DNA of 64,000 bases, taken from a virus. Taxonomy: Duplodnaviria; Caudoviricetes. The stretch covers positions 18,703 through 82,702 of IMG/VR virus record IMGVR_UViG_3300035498_000654. One strand, 5' to 3'. This document shows, in pieces, positions 10,471-21,387 of this stretch (its first letter is position 1; every line of letters begins with the position of its first letter). Both the position numbers and the translations under genes were made by a program. Under the pieces are notes generated by a model, which saw only the letters and a program-made list of their open reading frames with translations, made no database searches and was not told the DNA's origin.

Positions 10471-11883
10471 TTAAACAACTGAAATCCAGTTATTTACATC
10501 ATTATTATTTTGTATAAATGAATATGAATCATCTTCATTATGAGCTCTAACAGCAAGGTCTATTCGTTTATAAGGAATATTTGCATTATATATAAAAGGT
10601 TCCATATGAACAGGATTAGATTCATCTACCATTCCATTTAATAGATTAATTACAATAGGATGCTCAACAACTTCTTCTGTTACTGGGTCTATATAAGAAG
10701 CGATAGCTGGTAATTCAGTTTTTTCATTCTCAACAAAGAATAAGCCTTTAGAAATAACTAATACATTAGATTCATCTATTATACGAGAATTTGGATCTGG
10801 ATATAATTTAAGAACTGGTAATGTATGAGCAATTGAATTTTCTAATGGTGGTATTATAATATCAATATTAACAGCATCAGGATTTATTTCCTCAGGAACA
10901 ATCCAATGATAGAAATTATTATTTTGAACTGTATCTATTATAGTATATTCTGTATCATTTTCTTCCTTATATAGAATATCAATATACACAGTATCTGCAT
11001 CTTCATAAAAACAATTCCATTCCAATATTACATCCTATCCTGTTGTTATAACAGATTTAGTAAGGTCTGTTTGCACTTTCATATTAGCATGTTTTGAATA
11101 ATCTATAGATGATGTATAATCATTTACAGTTTGTAAACTGAATGTTAATGTTTTCATTGTATTATCGGCAGGTCTTTCATTATGTGGATCAAATACCGGT
11201 TGATACGTTTCACATGTAATATCAAAACTAAGTTTAATATCGAATCCATCATTTGTTGATCCCATTTGGTAAGATGCTGTTTTTTCTTGTGAAATAGATT
11301 CAGGAAATCCAACACGAACCGGGACAACTGTACCCCTAAAATTAATTCTATATGTTTTATTCTTATAAAAAAATTCTCTAAAGGCTTGTTCTATTTTCCA
11401 TGCAGTATTCATATTATCACATTTAATAGATGCAGTAAAACTATATGTTAATGGGATAGAATAAAGGAATGAAACATATGATTTAATTTCGCCTTGTTCT
11501 TTCTTTGTATATCGTCCCATTACAAACCTATTAGATATATTACCAGAATCGATAGATGTTGAATTTAATGTAATAACACCACATGGTATAGGTTTATAAT
11601 CACCTGGCATTTTAGTTATTCCAATAGATGTACATTCATCATCTGTCCAATGTAAATAATTATCTTGTATAAATCGTTCAGATGAAACAGAACCACCAGA
11701 AAAATCATAAAAGAATGGTACAACTATATCTTCTTTTCCTTCTTCTGTATTATCCCATATTTGTTGATATATTAGTTTTTTATTAAGGACTCTTAATAAA
11801 CCTAAGATAACCAATCTGGATAAAACATCAGATGTATTTCGATCTTCATAAAATTGCTTATTTGAAACTTTAGTTTGTGCCAT
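10471..11883 (-). CDS. gp15: Tail terminator/sheath stabiliser gp15-like with C-terminal extension (470 aa, one TAG read-through joins two listed ORFs)
   Basis: IVVPFFY..ERF..IPCGVITLNS..SIPLTYSFTASI..AWKIEQAFREFFY resembles gp15; the junction GGA TAG GAT GTA ATA TTG GAA TGG is in frame. Confidence 0.65.
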
Positions 11884-12000
11884 ACTATAATTTAATATAC
11901 GTAAATAAAATATAAGATATTTACATTTAAAATAAAATTCGGTTAAAAAACTAATAGTATCAAAAAATTTTTTAATATTATATAATATTTTATCAATATT

Positions 12001-13236
12001 ATGCTAAGAGCAGTTAAAATAAGATTATATCCTAACAAAACACAAGAAGTTCAAATTAACAAACTTCTTGGTTGTTGTCGTGTTGTTTATAATCAATGTC
12101 TTGCTCGAAAAATAGAATCTTATAACAAAGAGAATAAAACTGAAAACTTATCGTCTTTAAGTAAGTGGTTTCATCATGATTTGATTAATAATCCAGATTT
12201 TATTTGGTTGAAAGAACAAAACACAAATGTTCTTCAACAATCAATAATGGATATGTTGAATGCTTATAAACGATTCTTTACATTGCATACAGGCTATCCA
12301 AAGTTTAAATCAAAACACGATAATAAACAATCTTGTAGATTTACAATAAATGCTATTTCAAAAAGAAATAACTACCTATCTTATAAATTATCACTTGCAA
12401 ATATAAGAGATATTAAATTTAGATGTAATAAACTATATTCAAAGTACCTTCAAGATAACAAGTCAAATATAAAGTCTGCAACTTTAAGCAAGTTGCCATG
12501 TGGTTAGTATTACTTATCAATCTTAGTTGATGGTTGTTTATTACATAAAGTTAAAGATACTGATAAAATAATTGGCTTTGACCTTGGAGTTAAAAACTTT
12601 ATTACTACATCAGAAGGTAATGTTTTTGAAAACTTACATTTTAAAAAATCAGAATACAAGAAAATTAAGAAACTTCAAAGACAGCTTTCCAAAAAGAAAG
12701 TTGGTTCTAACAACAGAAACAAAGCAAGGATTAAACTTGCAAAAGTATATAAAGTCATAACAGATCGTAAATCAAACTATTTGCATAAGGTGTCTAATTC
12801 ATTAATTGATGAAAATCAAGTCATTTGTATGGAGGACTTAAATGTAAAAGGAATGATTAAAAATCACAGACTTTCAGATTCAATATCTGAAATGAATTTT
12901 GGAGAATTCAGAAGAATACTTGAATACAAGAGTTTATGGTATAATAGAAAGTTAGTTTTTATAGATAGATTTTATCCTTCATCTAAGAGATGCAATCATT
13001 GTGGTTATATTAATAAATCACTTAAATTGCCAGATAGACAATGGACTTGCCCAGACTGCGGATCTATCATTGATAGAGACTATAATGCATCACTTAATAT
13101 CTTAGAAGAAGGCCAAAGAATAATAGGTTGCAGTACAACCAAATTTAAGCTTGTGGACTATCCAACTATGGATGACAAGGAAGTAATTCCCCTAAAAAGT
13201 AGTGATAGGTTGAAGCAAGAAGTTAAAAATGAATAA
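12001..13236 (+). CDS. tnpB: TnpB RNA-guided endonuclease (411 aa; one TAG at 12505-12507 read as Gln)
   Basis: HTH start MLRAVKIRLYPN, RuvC FDLG/MEDL/DRDYNA, CxxC..CPxCG Zn finger; the frame is continuous across the TAG. Confidence 0.9.
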
Positions 13237-13265
13237 ACTTAAATTTATTTAAATTTTAATATACT
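13119..13265 (+). ncRNA. Predicted omega-RNA scaffold/right end of tnpB copy 1
   Basis: Shares ataataggttgcagtac..gtggactatcc..cctaaaaagt..ttttaatatac with the other copies. Confidence 0.55.
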
Positions 13266-13271
13266 TTCATA

Positions 13272-13796
13272 ATGAAGACAATAGTCATTAATTTAATATC
13301 AGGACCATGTGCTGGTAAATCAACTGCAGCTGCTGGTATATTTTCTGCATTAAAAAAACAAGGCATAGAATGTGAATTAGCATTGGAATATGCAAAAGAT
13401 TGTGTATGGGACGAATCTTTCTATAAAATGAAAGATTAGGTTTATATATTCGGACATCAATTTCATAGGATATGGAGAATAAATGGTAAAGTTCAGGTTA
13501 TTATAACAGATTCTCCTATATTGCTTAGCTTAATGTATAATCAATTAATAGAACCAGAAATATTTGAAAAATTTATATTGGAATGTTTTAACAAATTTAA
13601 TAATAAAGTTTACTTCATAGAACGAAATGAAGTTATTGAATTTAACGATAATGGACGAGCACATACAAAAGAAGAATCGATTGCTATAGATAACCAAATT
13701 AAAGAATTATTAAATAAACATAATATAGAATATAAGACGGTTAAAAATAACGAATCTGTTGATTTAATAGTTAAAGAAACATTGGAAAATTTATAA
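13272..13796 (+). CDS. P-loop kinase/ATPase (NadR/AAA_28-like), 174 aa with one TAG
   Basis: INLISGPCAGKST Walker A, ALEYAKD, KD*VYIFG (family DQ.YIF pattern), IITDSPILLS. Confidence 0.75.
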
Positions 13797-13842
13797 TATA
13801 AAAAGGATTGAATAATTGAATATTCAATCCTTAATATTTTTA

Positions 13843-15189
13843 TTAATTTAATGCTTTTTTTATTATATTTAATTTTTTATGATCAAAAAATTGAAATGTT
13901 AATATATCTGAATAATGAAATATCGGATCTTCTGGGAAAATATTATTCTAATCTATATCATTTTTAGTATATCCTCTTACAATATATCTATTATAATCAA
14001 ATTCATCATTATCATGTTGATCTGTAATAACATCAGCATACATAATTAAAAATTTATTATTATCATTATTATAACATATAGCAAAGGGCGTATTATCTGG
14101 TATATAATGAAATGCATCATATGTTATTTCAAAAAAGTCATCTTCATGTGCTGCTACATTATTAAAATCTATAATATTATATAAATTTTTAATAGACTTA
14201 TCACTTGATACACCATCAATTAAGCTATGTAAATAATAAAATGATATATTTTGTTTTTTAAACATCTCTGTATAATCCTATTTAAATGTACCATCTTTTA
14301 TACTCTCTATACAATCGTTAAGACTATAATGCTTTACAGATTTTGGTAATTCTGTTGGTTCTTCATATTTAAATGCATCATAAAAATTGATACCAATTAA
14401 TTTTGAAATTTGTTCTTCATCCATCATATGTTCATTACCACCATATGAATGATTCCATCTTGATGTACATGATACGAGCTAATTTTGTGGATTAATCATA
14501 ACGCATATTAATGATAATCCATAAGTATCATATGGCGTATTATTTTCCACTTTTTTAGGTATATCTTCAAAATCTTCATGCATTATAAAGAATACATTAT
14601 ATTTGTTATTTGCTGTATATGTATTCCAAGATATACATGCCTGATTATATGAGCTATTTGCAATACACCAATCACAATAATCACCCACCAAATTATTAGC
14701 CATCTATGGATCTGTTATTCTTACAACTTTATAATTATCATTTGGTTTGGTATATTTTGTATGACATATTTTATATTGTTTATTATTTAAATATGTATGA
14801 TAATCATCATTAATGTCATCTAATAATTGTTCATATGATAAACCATTAAAATTTCTATCATAATTATCATATTTAAATTGTATTATAAAATTTAATATTG
14901 GACCAAATTTTATCTAAAAATTATGGTCGTTAAGATCACTGTCCTTGTCATTTATTAATAAACGTGTTGTTCCTTCAATAAATTTACCACCTGTTTTTGT
15001 TCTTAATATTGGAAACAATGATCTAATATCATCAATTATATCAACTGGATTAGCTTCAGGATATTTCTATTTCACAATCTTTTTAGCAGCACTTATTGAT
15101 TTAGATTCTTGTGATTCATTCAGAAAACATACATTATCAATGCTTTCCTTTATTATATTTTTTATTATATACTCAAGTTCTTTATTCAT
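13843..15189 (-). CDS. 448-aa hypothetical protein (6 in-frame TAG; joins listed ORFs 14479-14703 and 13948-14265)
   Basis: Manual translation MNKELEYIIKNIIKESIDNVCFLNESQESKSISAAKK..DWCIANS..TSRWNH is open to TAA at 13843 under code 15. Confidence 0.7.
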
Positions 15190-15233
15190 ATCATATTTAT
15201 TTTTATAAATAATTCAAATAAAATTTTTAACAT

Positions 15234-15850
15234 ATGTCTTGCAAAATAAAGAAACATAATAAAAATAATGTTAATGAATCTAATTATGTTAATAATATTA
15301 ATGAAAAGGCAGATTTTCAATTTAAATAGATTTTTAATAATTTTAAAGTAACCAAGGATGCCAAAATCCGAACTGCCCATGTAAAAATAATAAAAATCTT
15401 ATTAAACCATATCAATTAGACTTTCACCATATTATACCAAGAGCATTAACAAAACAAGATATATGTCAAATAAAAAATGAATCAAATGAAAATAAACAGA
15501 AGGTTTTAAATCAAAAAATGCTATCAGATTTAGTCAACAGCGGCGATACATATAGAGCAGTATATGAATTAGATCGAACAATGTTATTATGTTGCTTATG
15601 TCATAAAGAATTAGAATATACTACATCACACAGATATATAACTAAAGATCCATATTATGGAATACAAATATCTTCATTAACAGATGAATTTATTAAATTT
15701 TTAGGAATAGCATATGGAGACAATATTCAAAAATAGTATATAGATGAGGTTGAAAAATACCGTTAGAAATATGGAAATATAAACAAATTATATAATCAAA
15801 ATATGAAAAATACTAATAATTTAGACAATATAGATACAAGTATAAATTAA
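15234..15850 (+). pseudogene. HNH endonuclease, apparently frameshifted near 15345
   Basis: GCQNPNC..LDFHHIIP..LLCCLCHKE HNH pattern; the upstream ATG frame is offset by one base at ttttaaagtaac; two downstream TAGs read through. Confidence 0.45.
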
Positions 15851-15899
15851 AAGGATACTAATTAATTTTAGTATCCTTTATATTTTTATAATAAAAATT

Positions 15900-17072
15900 T
15901 TAATATTGTCGCATTGCTCTAATATGATAATCACTGTAGTGTTTATTTGCACCACCGCCATCTACTCTGCCATTACCAATACCAATACCAAATGCTTGAC
16001 CTGCTGAATACTATGTGGAAGCCCAATAGTTATTATTAATAATAAGAGTATCAATCCAATTGAAATTTGTGTTTTTAAGCATATATAGTGTTTGCTGGAT
16101 AGTATACCATCTTGATAAGAGATAACATAATTCACCAATAGCAGGCAAATACCAGTCATTACTATAATCTGTATAATATTCAATACATGCCTTTGCTGCC
16201 GGAAAATTATTTATATCATTAATTATCATTATATCAGTATTTGTTTTTCCATCAATATCACAGATTGGATTTAATTCATCATTATCATTTTTATATTTAA
16301 ACATCTAAGTATTTTTTAATAATAATGAACCATCTTCTGTATAATCATATAAAATAACAGTTCCTGGATTTGTGCCAGGTGCCCAAAGTTTAATACTAAG
16401 TATATTACCTTCAATAGGATCTTTTAATTGACCAGGCATAACATCGTATCCGTTAGATGATGTTTGGAATGTATTATTATTTAATGAATTTTCATAATCA
16501 GTATTAAATCCGACCTCGCACATAATTCGAGCCCATTTAAAAGTTGCTGTATAATTTTCTGAAAATTTATTATGATCTAATATATACTATTTTTCACTAT
16601 TATCATCTGAAACATTTGCATCTGTCATTGGTAACTACGTGTAGCATGTTAAATCATCGCATAATGTATCAGTGGATTGATACATATATGTATTATCTGA
16701 TTGTTTTAATGAAATCCATCTTGCTTTACCATTATCAGTATGGCAAGCAGGAATAACACATACACCATCAGGAACTAAATTATCATCCCAACTATCAAAC
16801 TTAGTATAGTCATGTACAACTCCTTCGCTGTCAGTATAAGTATGCTTTACATGTACAACTTCCCAATCTTTAGTTGATTTATTCCAGCATAACACATCAC
16901 CTACCCAAGCTGCTGATCCAGTGGACTTTACGAAAACTGTTTTTTTTTGTGAATCTTTACCTATCATACTATCTGTATCATCTACTAAAGATACATAAGC
17001 TGGCAAAGACTTTAAATCTAAAAAATCTGTGATATAGTCATTCTATGTACTATATCTCCTTAAATATTTCAT
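15900..17072 (-). CDS. DUF1566/C-type-lectin-fold protein A (390 aa, 5 in-frame TAG)
   Basis: Four listed ORFs join in frame through TAG; C-terminus DGKTNT..AAKAC..DWYLPAIGEL..YWAST*YS..HIRAMRQY. Confidence 0.7.
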
Positions 17073-17174
17073 TTCGGTTATTAATAAAGTTTTATTATTT
17101 ATTTGTATATACATAAAAAATGGATAACCTTTTAGAGTTATCCATTTCATTATTTTTAAATATTATATATCATT

Positions 17175-18336
17175 TTAAAACATCTTAAATGCCCTTGCAA
17201 ATGTATCACCCTAATTTTCATTACGAACCATACGATTATATAATGTATTTAATTTCATAAATGTCGAGTCATTTGTTTGGGTTGATGTCCAATAATAAAC
17301 ATCATTATTTATATTAATACAAGTAACATCATCATAATGGTTCGATAACAAATAAAGAGATCTTTGTATCTCATATAATCTTGTCGTTAGATATACTAAT
17401 TCACCAATATCTGGCAAGTACCATTCAACATTAGGATTATAATTATGAGTCTCAGATTGATAGTTATGAGCTTCAATAACAGCAAATTTTATCTGGCTGG
17501 AATAAACATCTATATTATCCATTATTGCTTTAGTATTAGATAAACCATTAAAAGTATGTAATATTGTAGGATTACCATCACTATTAAAAAATGCTAATCT
17601 ATTTTTACCATATAAATCAGATGTATATACAAAAGGTATTGTATTATCACCATCATTACCACTAACAATACCATCATCAGGATTTGAATCGTGTGCAACA
17701 TGTCCTACTATATTGTCAGGATAACCTTGTATATGTATAAGTTCATATGTTCCAAATGCATTGTAATATTGTAAATCTTGCATTATCTCATCAAATATCG
17801 AATCATTTGTATAAAGTGTTGTTGGCACGCAAAAATTCACATCACTTGTATAATCATTTATTGTATTTAAAAATATATTATTATTTTCATCATATATCAT
17901 AGTAGATAACGAATTTTCAGGATTATATATAGTACATCCATTAACATCGCCCATGTTCGGATATAATAAAACACTGTTTTCTACGCAATCTTTCAAAGCT
18001 ATCCACCTTGCTTTACCATCTGGTGTATGACAAGCTGGAATAACACATACAGAATCAGGAATTAAATTATCTGGAAATGTCCAATCATCTTCATCATATG
18101 TTGTATAATCTTTAACATGATGAATATACCAATCATTTGCATCTGTATCCCAGAATAGAATATCACCAACCCATGCATTACTGCTCGCAGTCTTATAATA
18201 TGCTGTCGGTTTTACAGATCCCCCCTATTAATGAATCTTCATCATCACAATAGTGAACATAAGTATCTAAACCTTGATAATTAGGAAAATCTGATGCTAA
18301 GTCACTCTATGATTTATATCTTTTTATATATTTCAT
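17175..18336 (-). pseudogene. DUF1566/C-type-lectin-fold protein B, paralog of A, with a +1 frameshift at a G6 tract (18220-18225)
   Basis: N-terminus aligns with A (WVGD.L.W..DW..H; PD.VCVIPACHT.GKARWI.LK); C-terminus EWYLPDIGEL..YWTSTQ..ARAFKMF; the start (18336) and body (17996) are out of frame by one base. Confidence 0.6.
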
Positions 18337-18442
18337 ATTAATAGTTTAAATTTTTAATTAAAATATTTATTAAAATATAAAAAGAATGGATACAATAAAT
18401 TTATTATATCCATTCTATATAGATTTGTATTATTTAATTTTA

Positions 18443-19945
18443 TTAAAGGTCATAATCGCCTTCACCAAGAGCTTCATTAAAAGTATTCACAAATGTATAC
18501 ATGTTAGTAAACCAAACACCAGATTCATTATCATAAACAGCAGCGAATAAACTTTCTCTATCTACTTGCTGATATGCAACAACATCTAACTCGTTGTCTT
18601 CATCAATAACAGTATCATTAAATCTATTATCTTCTTGGAATGCCATATACAAACCATCTGATGCACATGCAAAAATATCACTACACGTTTTTCCAGATAC
18701 TGTTACATTAGGATCAATAACATAGATTGTTTGATTTTCATCATCTAAAATATGTGCAGCTACAAAATCAGCAAGATAACCAAATTTGGGTGATTCAGCA
18801 AATTTTTCTAATGTATATGCATATCGAGGAGTAAACAAAATGCTATTTAATTCTTGCATTGCATCTTTAGGAAGATCTGTTAATAATACTGACTCATTTA
18901 ATCTTTTTCTCGATTTACCAAAAGGTTGAAAGCTTTCATCTAAAAGTTCACCGTCTGCAAGTTTAATCCAAGGAGCAATAATCTTATTAATTTCAGATTT
19001 CTTTAAGAAAGGATATTCTTGATAAATTGTTTGATCATTTACATAAGCAATACTTATTTTTTCGCCATTTTTACCAGTAGTTGTGCCAGCAATATAAAGA
19101 ACACTATCAAGTAACATAGTTTTGGTTGCTTTATGTGTCTTCATATCGAGTGCAGCGAGCTCAGCTTTGAAATTTCTTTCATCTTCATCCATTGCTTGAA
19201 GATCAACAGTTCCTTTATTATTTTTAATTTTCGAGAAAGAATGCATTAAGAAATAAATTACATCTTTAGGTATTTCAGTCATTTTACCAAATTCATCAAC
19301 AAAGAACCATACAGACCTATCATTATTTTCACGTGCAAGTTGCTGTCTGAGTGCCATTTTACCATCTTTAGACGTATACAATGTATCATGCATACCAGGT
19401 TGATATTTTGAAACACCTTGTGTACCTGATTTTAAAACTTTACGAAGCCCTACGCCACCATAAACTGGTTTACGTCTCCAGTCAGTTTCACTATAAGAAT
19501 CCTCATCCTTACCAAAACCGTATTTTCTTCTTAATTCAATTACATCATTATTATTCTTTTCCCAATATTCTGCATTTTTTACTTGATTACGCCAATTGAA
19601 TTTATAACGGCCTAATTTAATAATATTACAATCACCGAGAATAAATGGAGTGTATGATCCATTTTCTAATGCAAATTTGTATTTAGGTGAATTACGGAAT
19701 TCATCAAGTTTTTCTGCCCATGGTGTACCTGCATAGTGTTCAATAATATCACCAAGTTTCTTATCAACATCAGGATATATATATTTTTGAGTCCTGGGAC
19801 CATATGATGGAATTGCAGTGGATGATGTCATTATATAACCAACATCAACAAACTTGCCATTACCAAGTTTGTTAACCATAAAGAAATCCATTATATCATG
19901 TGTTATTGTGTGTGCATTTGATCTGCTTTCCAATAAAATTCTCAT
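18443..19945 (-). CDS. 500-aa hypothetical protein, putative head protein
   Basis: Clean ORF; LLES/LDES/LNES motifs; TATAAATA upstream. Confidence 0.7.
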   Translation of the reverse strand: MRILLESRSNAHTITHDIMDFFMVNKLGNGKFVDVGYIMTSSTAIPSYGPRTQKYIYPDVDKKLGDIIEHYAGTPWAEKLDEFRNSPKYKFALENGSYTPFILGDCNIIKLGRYKFNWRNQVKNAEYWEKNNNDVIELRRKYGFGKDEDSYSETDWRRKPVYGGVGLRKVLKSGTQGVSKYQPGMHDTLYTSKDGKMALRQQLARENNDRSVWFFVDEFGKMTEIPKDVIYFLMHSFSKIKNNKGTVDLQAMDEDERNFKAELAALDMKTHKATKTMLLDSVLYIAGTTTGKNGEKISIAYVNDQTIYQEYPFLKKSEINKIIAPWIKLADGELLDESFQPFGKSRKRLNESVLLTDLPKDAMQELNSILFTPRYAYTLEKFAESPKFGYLADFVAAHILDDENQTIYVIDPNVTVSGKTCSDIFACASDGLYMAFQEDNRFNDTVIDEDNELDVVAYQQVDRESLFAAVYDNESGVWFTNMYTFVNTFNEALGEGDYDL

Positions 19946-20032
19946 TACTTAAATATTTTAAATATTTTAAATTATTTATATAAATCAATAAATTATAAAT
20001 AAGTTAAAGTTGAAAATATATTTTTGTTTATC

Positions 20033-21232
20033 ATGATACAAAATACTAATAAAAGAATCCAAAGACCGGTTCGTAGACAAACAATTAATCGTTCAAAAAT
20101 GGCTTCTCGTAAAGCAATTTATGAGAGTGTTGTTAAACAAGTTATGCCTCAAATTGAAGCTATTCTTAATGAGCAAGAACTTGATGAAGGTTGGTTTGGT
20201 GGATCAGCTAAAAAACCTGAACAAGAACTAACGGCTGAATATATTAATAGTGCATCTAAAGAGGAACTTGCTAAAACAATAGGCGAACTTCTTAATTGGT
20301 GGTGTGCGAAAGCTGGTGATTCTGTTGATAAAGCATGTACTACAAGTACACAATATATTGTAGGCCTTATTAAGGGTTCAGGTGAAAAATCTGCAGATTT
20401 TTCTAAGAAATTGTTGATGTCATTTGTTGATGCCGTACGTATGGTTGTTAAAGGTGCTGGTGAACTTGTTGTCGACGGTGTTAAAGGTACTGGACGTATT
20501 ATTCTATTAAGTGTTGCAACACTATTTAAACTTGCAGTTAGTGGTGTTAAAATGGCAGAAGCTGCAGCTAAAGCAATTTATAAAACAGTTTCTGAATGGC
20601 TATCTTCTACATATGATTCTTTAAAAGATAAAGTACAAAAAGGTGCGGAAGCTGTTAAAGATAGTTTAGCATTATTCCTTAAAGTTTCTTTAGCAGTATG
20701 TGTACTTTGTGCAAATAAGATTCAAGGCGCTGCTGAAGCATTTGGTTCTTTCATTAAGAAAGTTGCTGGTGATGTTAAAGAGAAAGTTGTCCTTGCAGTT
20801 GTTGCTACCCGTACATGGTTTGCTGTTAAAGCTAAAGAAGTTGCTGAATGGGTAAAATCTGTAGCAGGTGATATTCGTTCTGCTTGTGTAGAAGCATGGA
20901 ATAAACTCGAAAAAGGTACAATTAAAGTATGGAAAGCTGTATCAGGTAAAATCCTTGATTGGTGTAATTCTATTCGTATGACAGTTGCTGAAATCGGTAA
21001 GAAGATTTCTGATACTATTTCTGCTACTGGTGAACATATTGTTGCTGCTAAGGATAAAGCTGTAGTTGCTGGTATTGGTAAAGCCGTTCGTATGTTATCA
21101 AAGAAATATTCAGAAGATGATGTTGTTAATATTGTACGTGCAGCTTATAATGAAGACCTTCATTTTGATGCTGCTGGTAATACATTGATTAATGAATCAT
21201 ATTATGCAAATACATTCCTCCGTCGTATTTAA
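20033..21232 (+). CDS. Hypothetical Ala/Lys/Val-rich amphipathic helical protein, putative virion/ejection protein
   Basis: Clean ORF (ATG 20033, or TTG 20024); IYES/LNE/LDEG leader; TATAAATA at 19994. Confidence 0.7.
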   Translation: MIQNTNKRIQRPVRRQTINRSKMASRKAIYESVVKQVMPQIEAILNEQELDEGWFGGSAKKPEQELTAEYINSASKEELAKTIGELLNWWCAKAGDSVDKACTTSTQYIVGLIKGSGEKSADFSKKLLMSFVDAVRMVVKGAGELVVDGVKGTGRIILLSVATLFKLAVSGVKMAEAAAKAIYKTVSEWLSSTYDSLKDKVQKGAEAVKDSLALFLKVSLAVCVLCANKIQGAAEAFGSFIKKVAGDVKEKVVLAVVATRTWFAVKAKEVAEWVKSVAGDIRSACVEAWNKLEKGTIKVWKAVSGKILDWCNSIRMTVAEIGKKISDTISATGEHIVAAKDKAVVAGIGKAVRMLSKKYSEDDVVNIVRAAYNEDLHFDAAGNTLINESYYANTFLRRI

Positions 21233-21387
21233 TCAGTATAATAAAAATTCTTAACATATATTATTTTGTTTTCAAATCAGGTTATTTTAAATTAATTTTT
21301 TAATAACCTGATTTTCTTTTTACAATGATTTTTTATATACAATAAATAATTTAAAATTTGAAATATAAACGTTTAGTTAATACAAAT

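Noticed and set aside
12001-13236. tnpB copy 1 as a fragmented pseudogene (three listed ORFs)
   Set aside because: A single TAG separates two in-frame parts; the 12572-12760 ORF is an off-frame artefact.
15900-18336. Complete DGR in this window
   Set aside because: No reverse transcriptase and no adenine-variant template repeat seen; the two paralog tails are too divergent to be a TR/VR pair.
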